The position numbers were made by a program, and so were the translations under genes. From Betaproteobacteria bacterium (GTDB taxonomy: Bacteria > Pseudomonadota > Gammaproteobacteria > Burkholderiales > SG8-41), in contig JAKFYK010000036.1 of NCBI GenBank assembly GCA_021730905.1, forward strand, positions 227,734 to 291,733: a stretch of 64,000 nt of DNA, read 5' to 3'. This document shows, in pieces, positions 1 to 9,458 of this stretch. Under the pieces are notes generated by a model. It worked only from the letters and a program-made list of their open reading frames with translations, was not told the origin of the DNA and did not search any database. Each line of letters begins with the position of its first letter. Within the stretch, counting starts at the first letter, position 1.

Positions 1-772
1 CGACTATACCGTACCAGCTTGCGGCCTCGTATCCGGGCAGCGTTTCTGCCAGCGCGGGAATTTCTGGTGCGGCCTGTGAGCGCTGCGTGCCGGTGACCGC
101 CAGTGCTTTCAGCCGTCCGGATCGTATAGTGGGCAGCGCCGCCGCGAGATTGGGAAAATACATCGCCACTTCGCCGGAGATGGTGTCGTTCAGCGCCTGC
201 GCGGTGGCACGGTATGCGACTTCAACGATGTTTACACCGGTCATGGTGCGCATCAGTTCCGCGCTCAAGTGGCTGGCAGTACCGCGTCCGGCAGTCGCGT
301 AGTTGAGTTTGCCCGGTGACGCTTTGGCAAGTTCGAGCAACTCTTTCACCGAGCCTGCTTTGGTCTGCGTACCCACCACCAGCACCGTGGGAAATATCGC
401 CATCAACGCCACCGGCGAAAAATCCCGCCCCACGTCGTACGGCAAGTCCTTGATCAGCAGCGGGCTGACGATGATCGACGGCGACGCAATCAACATGGTG
501 TGCCCGTCGGGCGTGGCGCGTGCGGCCAGTCCCGCGCCGATAGTACCGGCGGCGCCGTCGCGGTTTTCGACTATCACCTGTTTACCCAGCGTGTCGGTGA
601 GCTTCAGTGCGATCTGCCGCGCGACGATGTCCGCCGCCGTACCGGTGGAAAACGCCACGATGATGCGCAGCGGCCGCTCGGGAAATGGCTGTCCTGAGCT
701 TGTCGAAGGGGTCTGCGCGTGCGCATGAGCTGCGCAGAACAACAAGGCGCTGCAGCATATTCGACGGAACAT
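1..772 (-). CDS. Bug/TctC-family tripartite tricarboxylate transporter substrate-binding protein (partial, C-terminus beyond window edge)
   Basis: Reverse translation from ATG 772-770 gives MFRRICCSALLFCAAHAHAQT (signal), then PERPLRIIVAFSTGTAADIVAR, NYATAGRGTASHL. The frame is open to the window edge, so it is absent from the ORF track. The + ORFs 87..728 are its antisense shadows. Confidence 0.85.
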   Translation of the reverse strand, partial: MFRRICCSALLFCAAHAHAQTPSTSSGQPFPERPLRIIVAFSTGTAADIVARQIALKLTDTLGKQVIVENRDGAAGTIGAGLAARATPDGHTMLIASPSIIVSPLLIKDLPYDVGRDFSPVALMAIFPTVLVVGTQTKAGSVKELLELAKASPGKLNYATAGRGTASHLSAELMRTMTGVNIVEVAYRATAQALNDTISGEVAMYFPNLAAALPTIRSGRLKALAVTGTQRSQAAPEIPALAETLPGYEAASWYGIV

Positions 773-874
773 TATTTACTCCGGATGAGTGACAACTACG
801 GACACGGCACGACGGCTATAATTGTAGCCCTTTCCGCTTTTCCCCTTCACCCGCCCCTGCACAGCGAGGAAATC

Positions 875-1780
875 ATGTCTGATCGCGCCCCCGGTGCCGC
901 TTCCCAATTACGCAAACTGTTGTCAAAACCCGGCTGCGTGGTCGCGCCCGGCGTTGCCGATGCGTTCGCCGCGCGGCTGGTAAAGCTCGAAGGTTTTCAG
1001 GCCGTATATATGACCGGCTTCGGCACCAGTCTCACGCGCCTGGGCATGCCCGATGTGGGACTGCTCACCGCCACCGAGATGATCGACAACGCTGGGCGCA
1101 TCGTCGATGCGTCCGAGTTGCCAGTGATCGCCGATGCCGACACCGGCTACGGCAATCCGATCAACACGCGGCGCACCATCCGCGATTACGAGAAAGCCGG
1201 CGTGGCCGGTGTGCACATCGAGGATCAGGCGTGGCCCAAGCGCTGTGGGCATCTTGCGGGCAAGCGCGTGATTCCCACCGCGGAAATGGTGGCCAAGATC
1301 AAGGCCGCGTGCGACGCACGACGCGACGACGATTTTGTGATCATCACGCGCACCGATGCGATTGCGGTCGAAGGACTGGAGTCCGCGCTGGAACGCGGCG
1401 AGCGTTATCGCGAGGCCGGCGCGGATGTGCTGTTCATCGAAGCGCCGGTCGGCCGTGAGCAGGTTGAAATCGTCTCGAAGCGCTTCAAGGGCGTGCCGCT
1501 GCTCTACAACATGGCCGCCAGCGGCAAAACGCCCGATCTGCCTGCGGATGAACTGGGCAGACTCGGCTTCAAGCTGTCGATATATCCGAACTGGGTGATC
1601 CTCGCCGCGATACCGGCGATGCAGAACCTGCTGCGCGAACTGCATAAAACCGGTTCCATCGCGCATATGCGCGACCAGGTGGCTAACTTCAAACAGTTCA
1701 CCGACATCGCGGGACTGCCGGAGATACAGAAGCTTGAAGAAAAATACGGTTTGCCCGAGGATCAGCGGGCGGGACTATGA
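875..1780 (+). CDS. Isocitrate lyase/PEP mutase superfamily enzyme (2-methylisocitrate lyase / phosphorylmutase-like)
   Basis: ORF 719..1780 trimmed to ATG 875 (GAGGA upstream). Motifs AVYMTGFG, VIADADTGYG, GVHIEDQAWPKRCGH. Confidence 0.8.
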   Translation: MSDRAPGAASQLRKLLSKPGCVVAPGVADAFAARLVKLEGFQAVYMTGFGTSLTRLGMPDVGLLTATEMIDNAGRIVDASELPVIADADTGYGNPINTRRTIRDYEKAGVAGVHIEDQAWPKRCGHLAGKRVIPTAEMVAKIKAACDARRDDDFVIITRTDAIAVEGLESALERGERYREAGADVLFIEAPVGREQVEIVSKRFKGVPLLYNMAASGKTPDLPADELGRLGFKLSIYPNWVILAAIPAMQNLLRELHKTGSIAHMRDQVANFKQFTDIAGLPEIQKLEEKYGLPEDQRAGL

Positions 1781-2445
1781 ACTACCAACTCAGCTTATAC
1801 AAGGATGAGGCCACGCCGCAGGCAAAAATTCAACTTCCTGAAGGCAACGGGGTGCGCGCGATTTACGTCATTCACGGCAGCTTGCGCGTACGCGCCGGTA
1901 ATTTCAGCGGCGTGCTCGGCGGCAACAGCGCGTTTCACACCAGCGACGAATTGCACATTTCAGCAGGCCACCTGGTGACGTGGGCATTGCGTTGGGAATT
2001 CTCGCGCGCGGGGGGAGCTGATGCGACGGCCGCTGGCGAAGGCGTCACTAGCCGCAAATTGCTGACCGCTGATATGCAGCTCGATACCGCGCGCGAGTAT
2101 CTGCTGCGCTGCGACCGTGTGGATTTTCCGCCGGACGGCGAGGCGCTGACGCACACGCATCGCGGCGGCGGCATACGCTGCCTGCTGATGGGTGGTATCG
2201 ACATTCATACGCAAATCACCGTGCATCGTTACGCACCGCTGGAGCCCTGGTATGAGGCGGGGCCTGATCCGGTGTACGCCAAAGCAGCGCCTGCAGCGGC
2301 CACCGGCTTTGCGCGGGTGATGATCCTGCCGCGCGAATTGCTCGGCAAATCTTCCATCACTTATGTCAATGCTGAAGATTTAAACAAACCCAAAAATCAG
2401 AAATATCAGGTCTTCATCGATACACCGATCACGCTGCCCGCATGA
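1777..2445 (+). CDS. Hypothetical protein, possibly cupin-like
   Basis: ORF track. ATGA start/stop overlap with the upstream gene suggests translational coupling. I cannot name a secure motif. Confidence 0.5.
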   Translation: MNYQLSLYKDEATPQAKIQLPEGNGVRAIYVIHGSLRVRAGNFSGVLGGNSAFHTSDELHISAGHLVTWALRWEFSRAGGADATAAGEGVTSRKLLTADMQLDTAREYLLRCDRVDFPPDGEALTHTHRGGGIRCLLMGGIDIHTQITVHRYAPLEPWYEAGPDPVYAKAAPAAATGFARVMILPRELLGKSSITYVNAEDLNKPKNQKYQVFIDTPITLPA

Positions 2446-2482
2446 AAGCGCGATACCTTAATCAACTCAGGAGGCATTTGAA

Positions 2483-3439
2483 ATGAATCGGTTGCTGATC
2501 ACGCTGGCGCTGGCATTTGCCGCCCCCGCACACGCGCAAACGTATCCCAACAAAACCATCCGCATCGTCGTGCCTTTCGCGCCCGGCGGCAATGTGGACA
2601 TCAACGCGCGCGCGGTGGCGCCGGGCCTTACCGAACTGCTCGGCCAGCCGGTGGTAGTGGACAACCGCGCCGGCGCGGGCGGCATGATCGGCGGCGAGAT
2701 CGTCGCCAAGGCACCGCCCGACGGCTACACGCTGCTGATGGCGTCGAACAGTGTTTACAGCGTTGCGCCCAATGTATTCGCCAAGCCGCTCTACAATCCG
2801 ATCCGCGATTACGCCGCGATTTCCGGCATCAGCAATGTGCCGTTCGTGTTGATTTCGCATCCCTCGGTGCCGGCGAAGACATTCAAGGAGTTTGTCGCGC
2901 TGGTCAAAACCAAACCGGGGCAGATGACCATGGCGACCGCGGGAACCGGCACTTCGAATCATCTCGTCGGCGAGTTGATACAAATGAACGCGGGCATTCG
3001 CATGACCGGTGTACCGTACAAAGGCAGCGGTCCGGCGCTGATTGATTTGCTCGGCGGACAAGTCGATTCGCACGTTGATCAACTGACGGCGTCGATGGGC
3101 TACATCCGCTCCGGAAAAATTCGCGCGCTGGCCGTTACTACCGACAAGCGCGCGCCGCTGCTGCCCGATGTGCCGACACTCGCCGAGCAAGGTCTGAAAG
3201 GCTTTGATGCCACCACCATCACCGGCCTGCTCGCGCCGGCGGCGACATCAAAAGAAGTCATTGATCGTGTGCATGGCGCATTGGTGAAGGTCACCGCACA
3301 GCAAACGATACGCGACCGCTTTGCCGCGCTGGGCGCCACCACGCTTGGCAACTCACCCGCGGAATTCAGCGAGTACATCAAGCAGGACTACGCCAAGTGG
3401 CAAAAAGTGGTGAAAGCAGCCAACATCAGCGCCAACTAA
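2483..3439 (+). CDS. Bug/TctC-family substrate-binding protein
   Basis: AGGAGG RBS. Signal peptide ending AHAQ, then TYPNKTIRIVVPFAPGGNVD, TSNHL, VPYKGSGPA. Confidence 0.9.
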   Translation: MNRLLITLALAFAAPAHAQTYPNKTIRIVVPFAPGGNVDINARAVAPGLTELLGQPVVVDNRAGAGGMIGGEIVAKAPPDGYTLLMASNSVYSVAPNVFAKPLYNPIRDYAAISGISNVPFVLISHPSVPAKTFKEFVALVKTKPGQMTMATAGTGTSNHLVGELIQMNAGIRMTGVPYKGSGPALIDLLGGQVDSHVDQLTASMGYIRSGKIRALAVTTDKRAPLLPDVPTLAEQGLKGFDATTITGLLAPAATSKEVIDRVHGALVKVTAQQTIRDRFAALGATTLGNSPAEFSEYIKQDYAKWQKVVKAANISAN

Positions 3440-3447
3440 AATAGTGT

Positions 3448-3464
3448 TTAAAAACAAATAGTTA
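3448..3464 (+). repeat. AT-rich box S1 (core WTAAAAACAAATACTTA family)
   Basis: TTAAAAACAAATAGTTA. Starts 9 nt after the TctC stop (3439). Its last base is the A of ATG 3464. Confidence 0.7.
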
Positions 3465-4357
3465 TGTATTTTCGGCCGACCGCTTCTGCACCGCTGTGCG
3501 CGGGACCTGATCCACGTCCGCGCCAGCCATCGTTCACGCTGCCACTGGGAGCGACCGACACGCACTTTCACATTTTCGGGCCGATGACGCAGTACGGCTT
3601 TTCGGAAAAACGCATTTACACGCCGCCCGATGCGCTGCTCGCCGACTGGCAACGGCTTGCCAACACGCTGGGCGTTGAGCGTGGCGTGATCGTGCAGCCG
3701 TCGGTGTACGGCACAGACAATTCAGTGACGCTGGCGAATCTTAAAGCCATGAATGGAAAATGGCGCGCGATAGTCGTAGTTGAAGACAGCATCACCGACA
3801 ACGAACTCGAAGCGATGCACGCACTCGGCGTGCGCGGCATACGCTTCAACGTGGTTGATGTCGCCACCGAGAAAGGCGTGCTGCCGATGCATCTGGTGCG
3901 CGGCCTGGCCGAGCGCATCGCGCCACTGGGCTGGCATGTGCAGTTTTTGATGCACGTGGATGATTATTCCGATCTGGAAAAAATGTTCGACGGCTTTCCG
4001 ACGGATATCGTGATCGATCATTTTGGTTACATGAAAGCTTCCAAGGGTCCAAACCATCCGGGCTTTCGGGCGTTTTTGCGTTTGCTCAAGGGCGGGCGCT
4101 GCTGGTGCAAATTTACCGGCGCGTATCGCATCTCCGCGCATGACATGCCCTATTCCGACGTGACGCCGCTGGCGCATGCCATCATCGATGCCAATCCCGA
4201 CCGCGTGGTGTGGGGTACCGACTGGCCGCATCCCAAACATGAAGGTGCCATGCCCAACGACGGCGAGATGTGCGACCGGCTGCTCGATTGGATTCCCGAT
4301 GCGGCGATTCGCAACCGCGTACTGGCGAAAAATCCGGCACGGCTTTATGGCTTTTAG
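3464..4357 (+). CDS. Amidohydrolase-2 family hydrolase (LigI-like lactonase pattern)
   Basis: GATDTHFHIFGP metal motif and WGTDWPHP near the C-terminus. The ATG abuts AT box S1. Confidence 0.8.
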   Translation: MYFRPTASAPLCAGPDPRPRQPSFTLPLGATDTHFHIFGPMTQYGFSEKRIYTPPDALLADWQRLANTLGVERGVIVQPSVYGTDNSVTLANLKAMNGKWRAIVVVEDSITDNELEAMHALGVRGIRFNVVDVATEKGVLPMHLVRGLAERIAPLGWHVQFLMHVDDYSDLEKMFDGFPTDIVIDHFGYMKASKGPNHPGFRAFLRLLKGGRCWCKFTGAYRISAHDMPYSDVTPLAHAIIDANPDRVVWGTDWPHPKHEGAMPNDGEMCDRLLDWIPDAAIRNRVLAKNPARLYGF

Positions 4358-4392
4358 GAGAAGTATCAGAACATTCAAATAGGGAGATCGTC

Positions 4393-4854
4393 ATGCGTAT
4401 TCATATGCTTTTGGCAATCATGTTTGCCGCATTTTTGTCGTCTTGCGCCAGCAACACAGGTAGTGGCGGCGCCGATCTGGCAGCCAGGGAACAAGTCGTA
4501 GCCGCAGTCGCAGCATGGGTCGCCGCTTACGACAGCCGCGATCCGGCACGAATTTCTGCTCAATACGCGCCTGATGCGGTGTTCTGGGGCACGAGCTCGA
4601 AGACGGTTAGAACAACACCTGCAGCGATTGCCGAGTATTTCCAGGACGCCGCCAAACGTCCGGATGCCAGAGCATCGATCGGCGAGCAGCACATACGCGT
4701 TTATGGAGACGTCGCGATTGCCACCGGCTACAACACTTTTTCAAATGTTCGTGACGGCAAACGTATTCCAAATCCCGCGCGCTTTACCATGGTGTTCCAT
4801 AAGCGCGACGGGAAGTGGATTTTGGTTGACCATCACTCCTCACGGCTTCCGTGA
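4393..4854 (+). CDS. NTF2-fold (DUF4440/SnoaL-like) lipoprotein
   Basis: ORF 4270..4854 trimmed to ATG 4393 (GGGAGA RBS). Lipobox LSSC. Ends ...MVFHKRDGKWILVDHHSS. Confidence 0.7.
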   Translation: MRIHMLLAIMFAAFLSSCASNTGSGGADLAAREQVVAAVAAWVAAYDSRDPARISAQYAPDAVFWGTSSKTVRTTPAAIAEYFQDAAKRPDARASIGEQHIRVYGDVAIATGYNTFSNVRDGKRIPNPARFTMVFHKRDGKWILVDHHSSRLP

Positions 4855-4921
4855 AGACGAGAATTTCCTGACGCACCTGCGCACACTCGGCACAAAAAGT
4901 AAGCGCCGGCTAACTCTATTT

Positions 4922-4938
4922 AAATAATTGTTTTAAAA
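4922..4938 (-). repeat. AT-rich box S2 (degenerate, reverse orientation)
   Basis: TAAATAATTGTTTTAAA has 3 mismatches to TAAGTATTTGTTTTTAW. The flank ...GGATATTTAT resembles the S5 flank. Lies 15 nt upstream of the leuC ATG. Confidence 0.45.
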
Positions 4939-4952
4939 GGATATTTATACAT

Positions 4953-6359
4953 ATGCAGCGAACCCTGTTTGAGAAAATCTGGTCGCAGCACGTGGTAGTG
5001 GACAAAGGTAACGAAGCGCTGCTCTACATTGACCGCAACCTGCTGCACGACGGCGCGTTTCACGCATTCACCGCGCTGGCGAAGGAAGGCCGCAAAGTGC
5101 GCAAGCCGCGCCAGCAACTCGCCACTGCTGATCATTACGTGCCCACGCGCGAACGCGACAAGGGGCTCGAAGCCGTGGTCGATGCGGATGCGCGCGAGAT
5201 GATTCGCCTGTTCGATGCCAACGGTGCCGAGCACGGCATCCGCTGCTTCGGCATGAATGATCCGCAACAGGGCATTGTGCACGTGATCGGTCCCGAAACC
5301 GGTTTCACGCAACCGGGCATCACGCTGACTTGCGGCGATTCGCACACCTCCACCCACGGCGCGCTGGGCGCGTACGCGTTCGGCATCGGCGCCTCGCAAC
5401 TGAAGCAGGTGCTCGCCACGCAATGCCTGTGGCAGAAGAAACCGAAAACGCTGCGCATTACCGTTAACGGTGTGCTCGGCGCCGGCGTTACCGGCAAGGA
5501 TGTGATTCTCGCCATCATCGCAAAAATTGGCACCGCGGGCGCGACAGGGCACGTGATTGAGTACGCGGGCAGCGTATTCCGTGCACTGGCGATGGAAAGC
5601 CGGCTCACCGTGTGCAATATGTCGATCGAAGCCGGCGCACGCGCCGGCATGATCGCGCCGGACGATGTGACGTTTCAGTATCTCGCGGGCCGCGAGTACA
5701 CACCCAAGGGTTCGCAATGGGACACAGCGCTCGCGCAGTGGCGCGCGCTGCCCAGCGATGAAGGTGCGGCATTTGACCGCGAGGTGTCGTTGGCTGGAAA
5801 CGCTATCGAACCCACACTGACCTGGGGTACCAGCCCGGAAGAAGCACTGCCGGTAAGTGCTGCGATTCCCGATCCGGCATCATTTAGCGACGCCAACAAA
5901 CGCGCGCACGCGGAATCCGCGCTGCGTTACATGGATTTGAAACCCGGCACACCGCTCACCGACATCAAAATTGATCGTGTGTTCATCGGCACCTGCACCA
6001 ACGGCCGCATCGCCGATCTGCGCGCGGCGGCATCCGTGCTGAAAGGCCGCAAGGCGACCGTGCAGGGCTGGGTATCACCCGGCTCTACCACGGTAAAGCG
6101 TGACGCTGAGGCCGAAGGCCTGCACCGGATTTTCGAGGAAGCGGGACTCGAATGGCGCGCGTCGGGCTGTTCCGGCTGTGCCGCGATGAACGGCGATTTC
6201 GTGCCGGCCGGCATGCGCTCCGCCTCGACATCCAACCGCAACTTCGAGGGCCGGCAGGGCAAGGGCGCGCGCACGCATTTGATGAGTCCGGCAATGGCGG
6301 CAGCGGCAGCAGTGACAGGACATGTCACCGATGTGCGCACGTTACTGGGAGGGCGCTGA
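4953..6359 (+). CDS. leuC: 3-isopropylmalate dehydratase large subunit-type (aconitase family)
   Basis: Resembles LeuC end to end: YIDRNLLHD, GIVHVIGPE, CGDSHT, CNMSIEAG, GTCTNGR, STSNRNFEGRQG. No leuB in the window, so it could be a catabolic paralog. Confidence 0.75.
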   Translation: MQRTLFEKIWSQHVVVDKGNEALLYIDRNLLHDGAFHAFTALAKEGRKVRKPRQQLATADHYVPTRERDKGLEAVVDADAREMIRLFDANGAEHGIRCFGMNDPQQGIVHVIGPETGFTQPGITLTCGDSHTSTHGALGAYAFGIGASQLKQVLATQCLWQKKPKTLRITVNGVLGAGVTGKDVILAIIAKIGTAGATGHVIEYAGSVFRALAMESRLTVCNMSIEAGARAGMIAPDDVTFQYLAGREYTPKGSQWDTALAQWRALPSDEGAAFDREVSLAGNAIEPTLTWGTSPEEALPVSAAIPDPASFSDANKRAHAESALRYMDLKPGTPLTDIKIDRVFIGTCTNGRIADLRAAASVLKGRKATVQGWVSPGSTTVKRDAEAEGLHRIFEEAGLEWRASGCSGCAAMNGDFVPAGMRSASTSNRNFEGRQGKGARTHLMSPAMAAAAAVTGHVTDVRTLLGGR

Positions 6360-6360
6360 G

Positions 6361-6975
6361 ATGAAACCGTTTACCAAACTCACCGCCGTCGCCGCGCCCT
6401 TCGACATGGCGAATATCGATACCGACAAAATCATACCCGCACGCTATCTGCGCAAACTGCGCAACACGGAAGCAGGCTACGGCCCGTGGCTGTTTTACGA
6501 TATGTGTTTTGATGCAAACGGCAAAGAACGCCCGGAGTTCGTGCTCAATCAAACGCCGTGGCGCGACACCGGCATCATCGTCGCCGCGGAGAACTTCGGC
6601 TGCGGCTCATCGCGCGAAGGCGCGGCCTACGCCATGCTCGACTGGGGCATAAGCGCGGTAATCGCGCCCTCGTTCGGCGACATTCACTACGCCAACGAAA
6701 TCCAGAACGGCATGCTGCCGGCGATACTTGCCGAGGAACACTGCGCCGTGCTGCGCGCACAGCTCAAAGCCACGCCGGGTTCAAGCATCGCCATCGATCT
6801 GGAAACGCAAACCATCACCGGTCCCGACGGCAAGACCTACCGCTTCGACATCGACGCGGTTTACAAGGAGCGCCTGCTGAAAGGCCTCGACGACGTGGGG
6901 CTGGTGTTGCAGGAATTGCCTGCGATAGAGGCGTTCGAAAAGCAGCACCACGAGAAGATGCCATGGCTGGCGTGA
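6361..6975 (+). CDS. leuD: 3-isopropylmalate dehydratase small subunit-type
   Basis: ORF 6322..6975 trimmed to ATG 6361, directly after the leuC stop. Motifs NIDTDKIIPARYL, NFGCGSSREGA. Confidence 0.75.
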   Translation: MKPFTKLTAVAAPFDMANIDTDKIIPARYLRKLRNTEAGYGPWLFYDMCFDANGKERPEFVLNQTPWRDTGIIVAAENFGCGSSREGAAYAMLDWGISAVIAPSFGDIHYANEIQNGMLPAILAEEHCAVLRAQLKATPGSSIAIDLETQTITGPDGKTYRFDIDAVYKERLLKGLDDVGLVLQELPAIEAFEKQHHEKMPWLA

Positions 6976-7445
6976 AATCCCATGAGCTGCATACCATCGG
7001 CTACGAGGGGTTGGATACCGAGGAGTTTTTGAATCTGTTGAGCAAGCACGATATCGAGACCCTGGTGGACATCCGCGAACTTCCGCTGTCGCGCAAATCC
7101 GGCTTCTCGAAGAAAGCGCTGGCAGCTTCAGTCAAGCGCCGGGGAGTCGGTTACATACATCTTCCCCATCTTGGTTGTCCCAAGGCCATTCGCAATCGCT
7201 ATCGCGATGACCGCAACTGGGTGAGATACCAGCGGGATTTTCTGAAATACCTCGCAACGCAGGACGAAGCAATAGCGGACCTGACCACCATGGCCAGAAA
7301 CTCCTGTTGCGCGCTGCTGTGCTTTGAAGCAGATCACAACCTTTGCCACCGTTCGATGGTGGCCGATGCCGTGAAGCAGGTAAGCGGTATGGGCGTTTGC
7401 CACATCCGGGCACCCGGCGAAAGCCAGTGCAATCTGCGAGGGTAA
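6963..7445 (+). CDS. DUF488 family protein
   Basis: ORF 6558..7445 trimmed to ATG 6963, overlapping the leuD end by 13 nt. Motifs HTIGYEG, LVDIRELPLSRK, GYIHLPHLG. The 5' part of the long ORF is a frame shadow of leuD. Confidence 0.75.
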   Translation: MAGVKSHELHTIGYEGLDTEEFLNLLSKHDIETLVDIRELPLSRKSGFSKKALAASVKRRGVGYIHLPHLGCPKAIRNRYRDDRNWVRYQRDFLKYLATQDEAIADLTTMARNSCCALLCFEADHNLCHRSMVADAVKQVSGMGVCHIRAPGESQCNLRG

Positions 7446-7515
7446 TCCGACATTCCGGGGTGCATCGGATGCCCATCATCATTTTTCCATACATCCACTT
7501 CGACAGGTATTCCTC

Positions 7516-8421
7516 ATGGCATCTGGTCTAGCCGCATTACTCGACGATATCGCAACCATAGCCAAAGTCGCCGCTGCCTCTATTGATGATGTTGCCGCGG
7601 CGGCCGGCAAGGCGGGTACAAAGGCCGCGGGCGTGGTGATCGACGACACTGCCGTCACCCCGCAATATGTGACCGGCTTTACCCCCGACCGCGAGCTGCC
7701 GATTATCTGGCGCATTGCCAAGGGGTCGCTGAAGAACAAGTTACTGTTCATCCTGCCCGCGGCGTTGCTGCTCAGTGCGTTCCTGCCTTGGGCGATTACG
7801 CCCATATTGATGATTGGAGGAGCCTACCTGTGCTTTGAAGGCGCGGAAAAGGTGATGGAAAAATTTGCCGATGCGACCGATGGCAAAGAGGAAACCCTGG
7901 CCGAGGAAGTGGTTGAGTTAACCAGCACCGAACATGAGGCTAATATGGTGGGAGGCGCGGTGCGCACCGACTTCATCCTTTCCGCGGAAATCATGGCGAT
8001 TGCGCTGAATGAAGTTTCCAACCAGACGATCTGGATGCAGGCGGGCAGTCTGGTGTTTGTTGCCATCGCAATCACGCTCGCGGTCTACGGCGTTGTTGGC
8101 ATGATCGTGAAGATGGATGATATCGGCCTGCACATGGCACAACGCGAGCACGGCGGGACGCAGGCGATTGGCCGAACACTGGTACGCGGGATGCCGAAGT
8201 TGCTGGCGTTGCTCTCGACCGTCGGTACTGCGGCGATGCTGTGGGTGGGCGGACAGATTATCCTGCACGGCCTGCATGTGTATCCAGCCAAAGCTGTCGG
8301 GCTGACTGACGGCGTCGTGGGATGGATTGCCGATGCAGCGCTATCGGGCGTGTTCGGCCTCGCACTCGGCGCCGTGATCGTGTGGGTGCACCACAAGATC
8401 ATGCATCGCAAAGGGCATTGA
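7516..8421 (+). CDS. DUF808 (YedI-like) inner membrane protein
   Basis: N-terminus MASGLAALLDDIATIAKVAA...RELPIIWRIAKGSLKNK resembles YedI. Multiple hydrophobic segments. Confidence 0.8.
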   Translation: MASGLAALLDDIATIAKVAAASIDDVAAAAGKAGTKAAGVVIDDTAVTPQYVTGFTPDRELPIIWRIAKGSLKNKLLFILPAALLLSAFLPWAITPILMIGGAYLCFEGAEKVMEKFADATDGKEETLAEEVVELTSTEHEANMVGGAVRTDFILSAEIMAIALNEVSNQTIWMQAGSLVFVAIAITLAVYGVVGMIVKMDDIGLHMAQREHGGTQAIGRTLVRGMPKLLALLSTVGTAAMLWVGGQIILHGLHVYPAKAVGLTDGVVGWIADAALSGVFGLALGAVIVWVHHKIMHRKGH

Positions 8422-8426
8422 TGCCA

Positions 8427-8443
8427 CTAAAAACAAATACTTA
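8427..8443 (+). repeat. AT-rich box S3
   Basis: CTAAAAACAAATACTTA. The only copy between convergent gene ends (8421 / 8447). Confidence 0.7.
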
Positions 8444-8446
8444 CAT

Positions 8447-9430
8447 CTATTTCGCCAAACTCAGTTCGGTCAGCGTCTTGAGCTTATCCACACTTTCCTG
8501 ATCGCAGAATTTCAGCGAGTCGCGGCTGTTGAGATAAACGAATTCCTGCAGGCTGCCTTCAACGTCTTTTTTCCATTCCGGCAGTTGCACCATCTTGCCC
8601 AACACGCCGTCCCAGTACTGCGTTTGCGGTGCAGTCATGCCTTTGGGGCCAACCACCATGCGCCAGTTCGACGACACCGAATCCATGCCCTGCTCTTTCA
8701 GCGTCGGTGCGTTGGCCAGCGCGCCGCGCAAGCGCTGCGGCGACGCGATGCCGAGTATGCGCAACTGCCCCGCTTTAGCTTGCGCTATCACCGACGGCAC
8801 CACCGTTACCGCATAATCAACGTGCCCGCCCATCGCGGCAATCACGGCTTCGGGGCCCGATCTGAAAATGACAAGTTTGATCTTGCGCGGATCCCCGTTC
8901 ATGCTTTTGACAGCCTTGCCCAGGGCCACATGGCCGGTACCGCCGCGCGCGTTGATGCCGCCGGACACCGAATTTGGATCTTTGGCTATTTGCTGAACCA
9001 AGTCGCGCGCAGTTTTGAACGGCGAATCGGGTTTCACCACGATGACCAAATAATCGTGCGCGATCAGCGCGAGCGGCGTGATGTGCGTGTAGGACAGCGG
9101 GCTTACGCCGGTGATGCGGTTGGTCACCAGCGTGGCATTGGCCATGGAAATAAAATGCCCATCACCGACATTCTGGTTCATGTAGACCATGCCGACGGTG
9201 CCGTTGGCACCCGGCTTGTTGACCACATGGCTCGACACGTCCAGCAGTTTTTTCTCCTGGAACAAGCGCTGAATGGTGCGCGCGGGCCGGTCGGCCCCGC
9301 CACCCGCACCCGACCAGACGATGATCTCGACATTTTTGTCCGGTTTCCATTGCTGCGCATGCGCGGTAGCCGCGCACCATATGATGGCGAACAGCGCTGC
9401 CAGGTGATTCATTCCGATGCACCGTTTCAT
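8447..9430 (-). CDS. TctC-type (Salmonella TctC-like subtype) substrate-binding protein
   Basis: ORF 8447..9526 trimmed to ATG 9430 (AAGGAG RBS). Signal ...ATAHAQQ, then WKPDKNVEIIVWSGAGGGADR. The C-terminal ...LSLAK resembles the TctC ending. Confidence 0.85.
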   Translation of the reverse strand: MKRCIGMNHLAALFAIIWCAATAHAQQWKPDKNVEIIVWSGAGGGADRPARTIQRLFQEKKLLDVSSHVVNKPGANGTVGMVYMNQNVGDGHFISMANATLVTNRITGVSPLSYTHITPLALIAHDYLVIVVKPDSPFKTARDLVQQIAKDPNSVSGGINARGGTGHVALGKAVKSMNGDPRKIKLVIFRSGPEAVIAAMGGHVDYAVTVVPSVIAQAKAGQLRILGIASPQRLRGALANAPTLKEQGMDSVSSNWRMVVGPKGMTAPQTQYWDGVLGKMVQLPEWKKDVEGSLQEFVYLNSRDSLKFCDQESVDKLKTLTELSLAK

Positions 9431-9458
9431 GCTGGTCACTCCTTTTTGCCCGTCCTTG

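Noticed and set aside
3420-3434. A sigma-54-like string on the minus strand (TGGCGC-TGATG-TTGG), 31 nt from box S1, the same offset as in cassettes P1 and P2.
   Set aside because: The -12 element is GG, not GC. The string lies inside the last codons (AANISAN*) of the + strand TctC gene and would fire antisense into it. I treat it as coincidence or a dead relic.
6558-6962. The N-terminal 135 codons of ORF 6558..7445.
   Set aside because: The translation is Arg-rich and reads out of frame across leuD. The DUF488 similarity starts only at ATG 6963.
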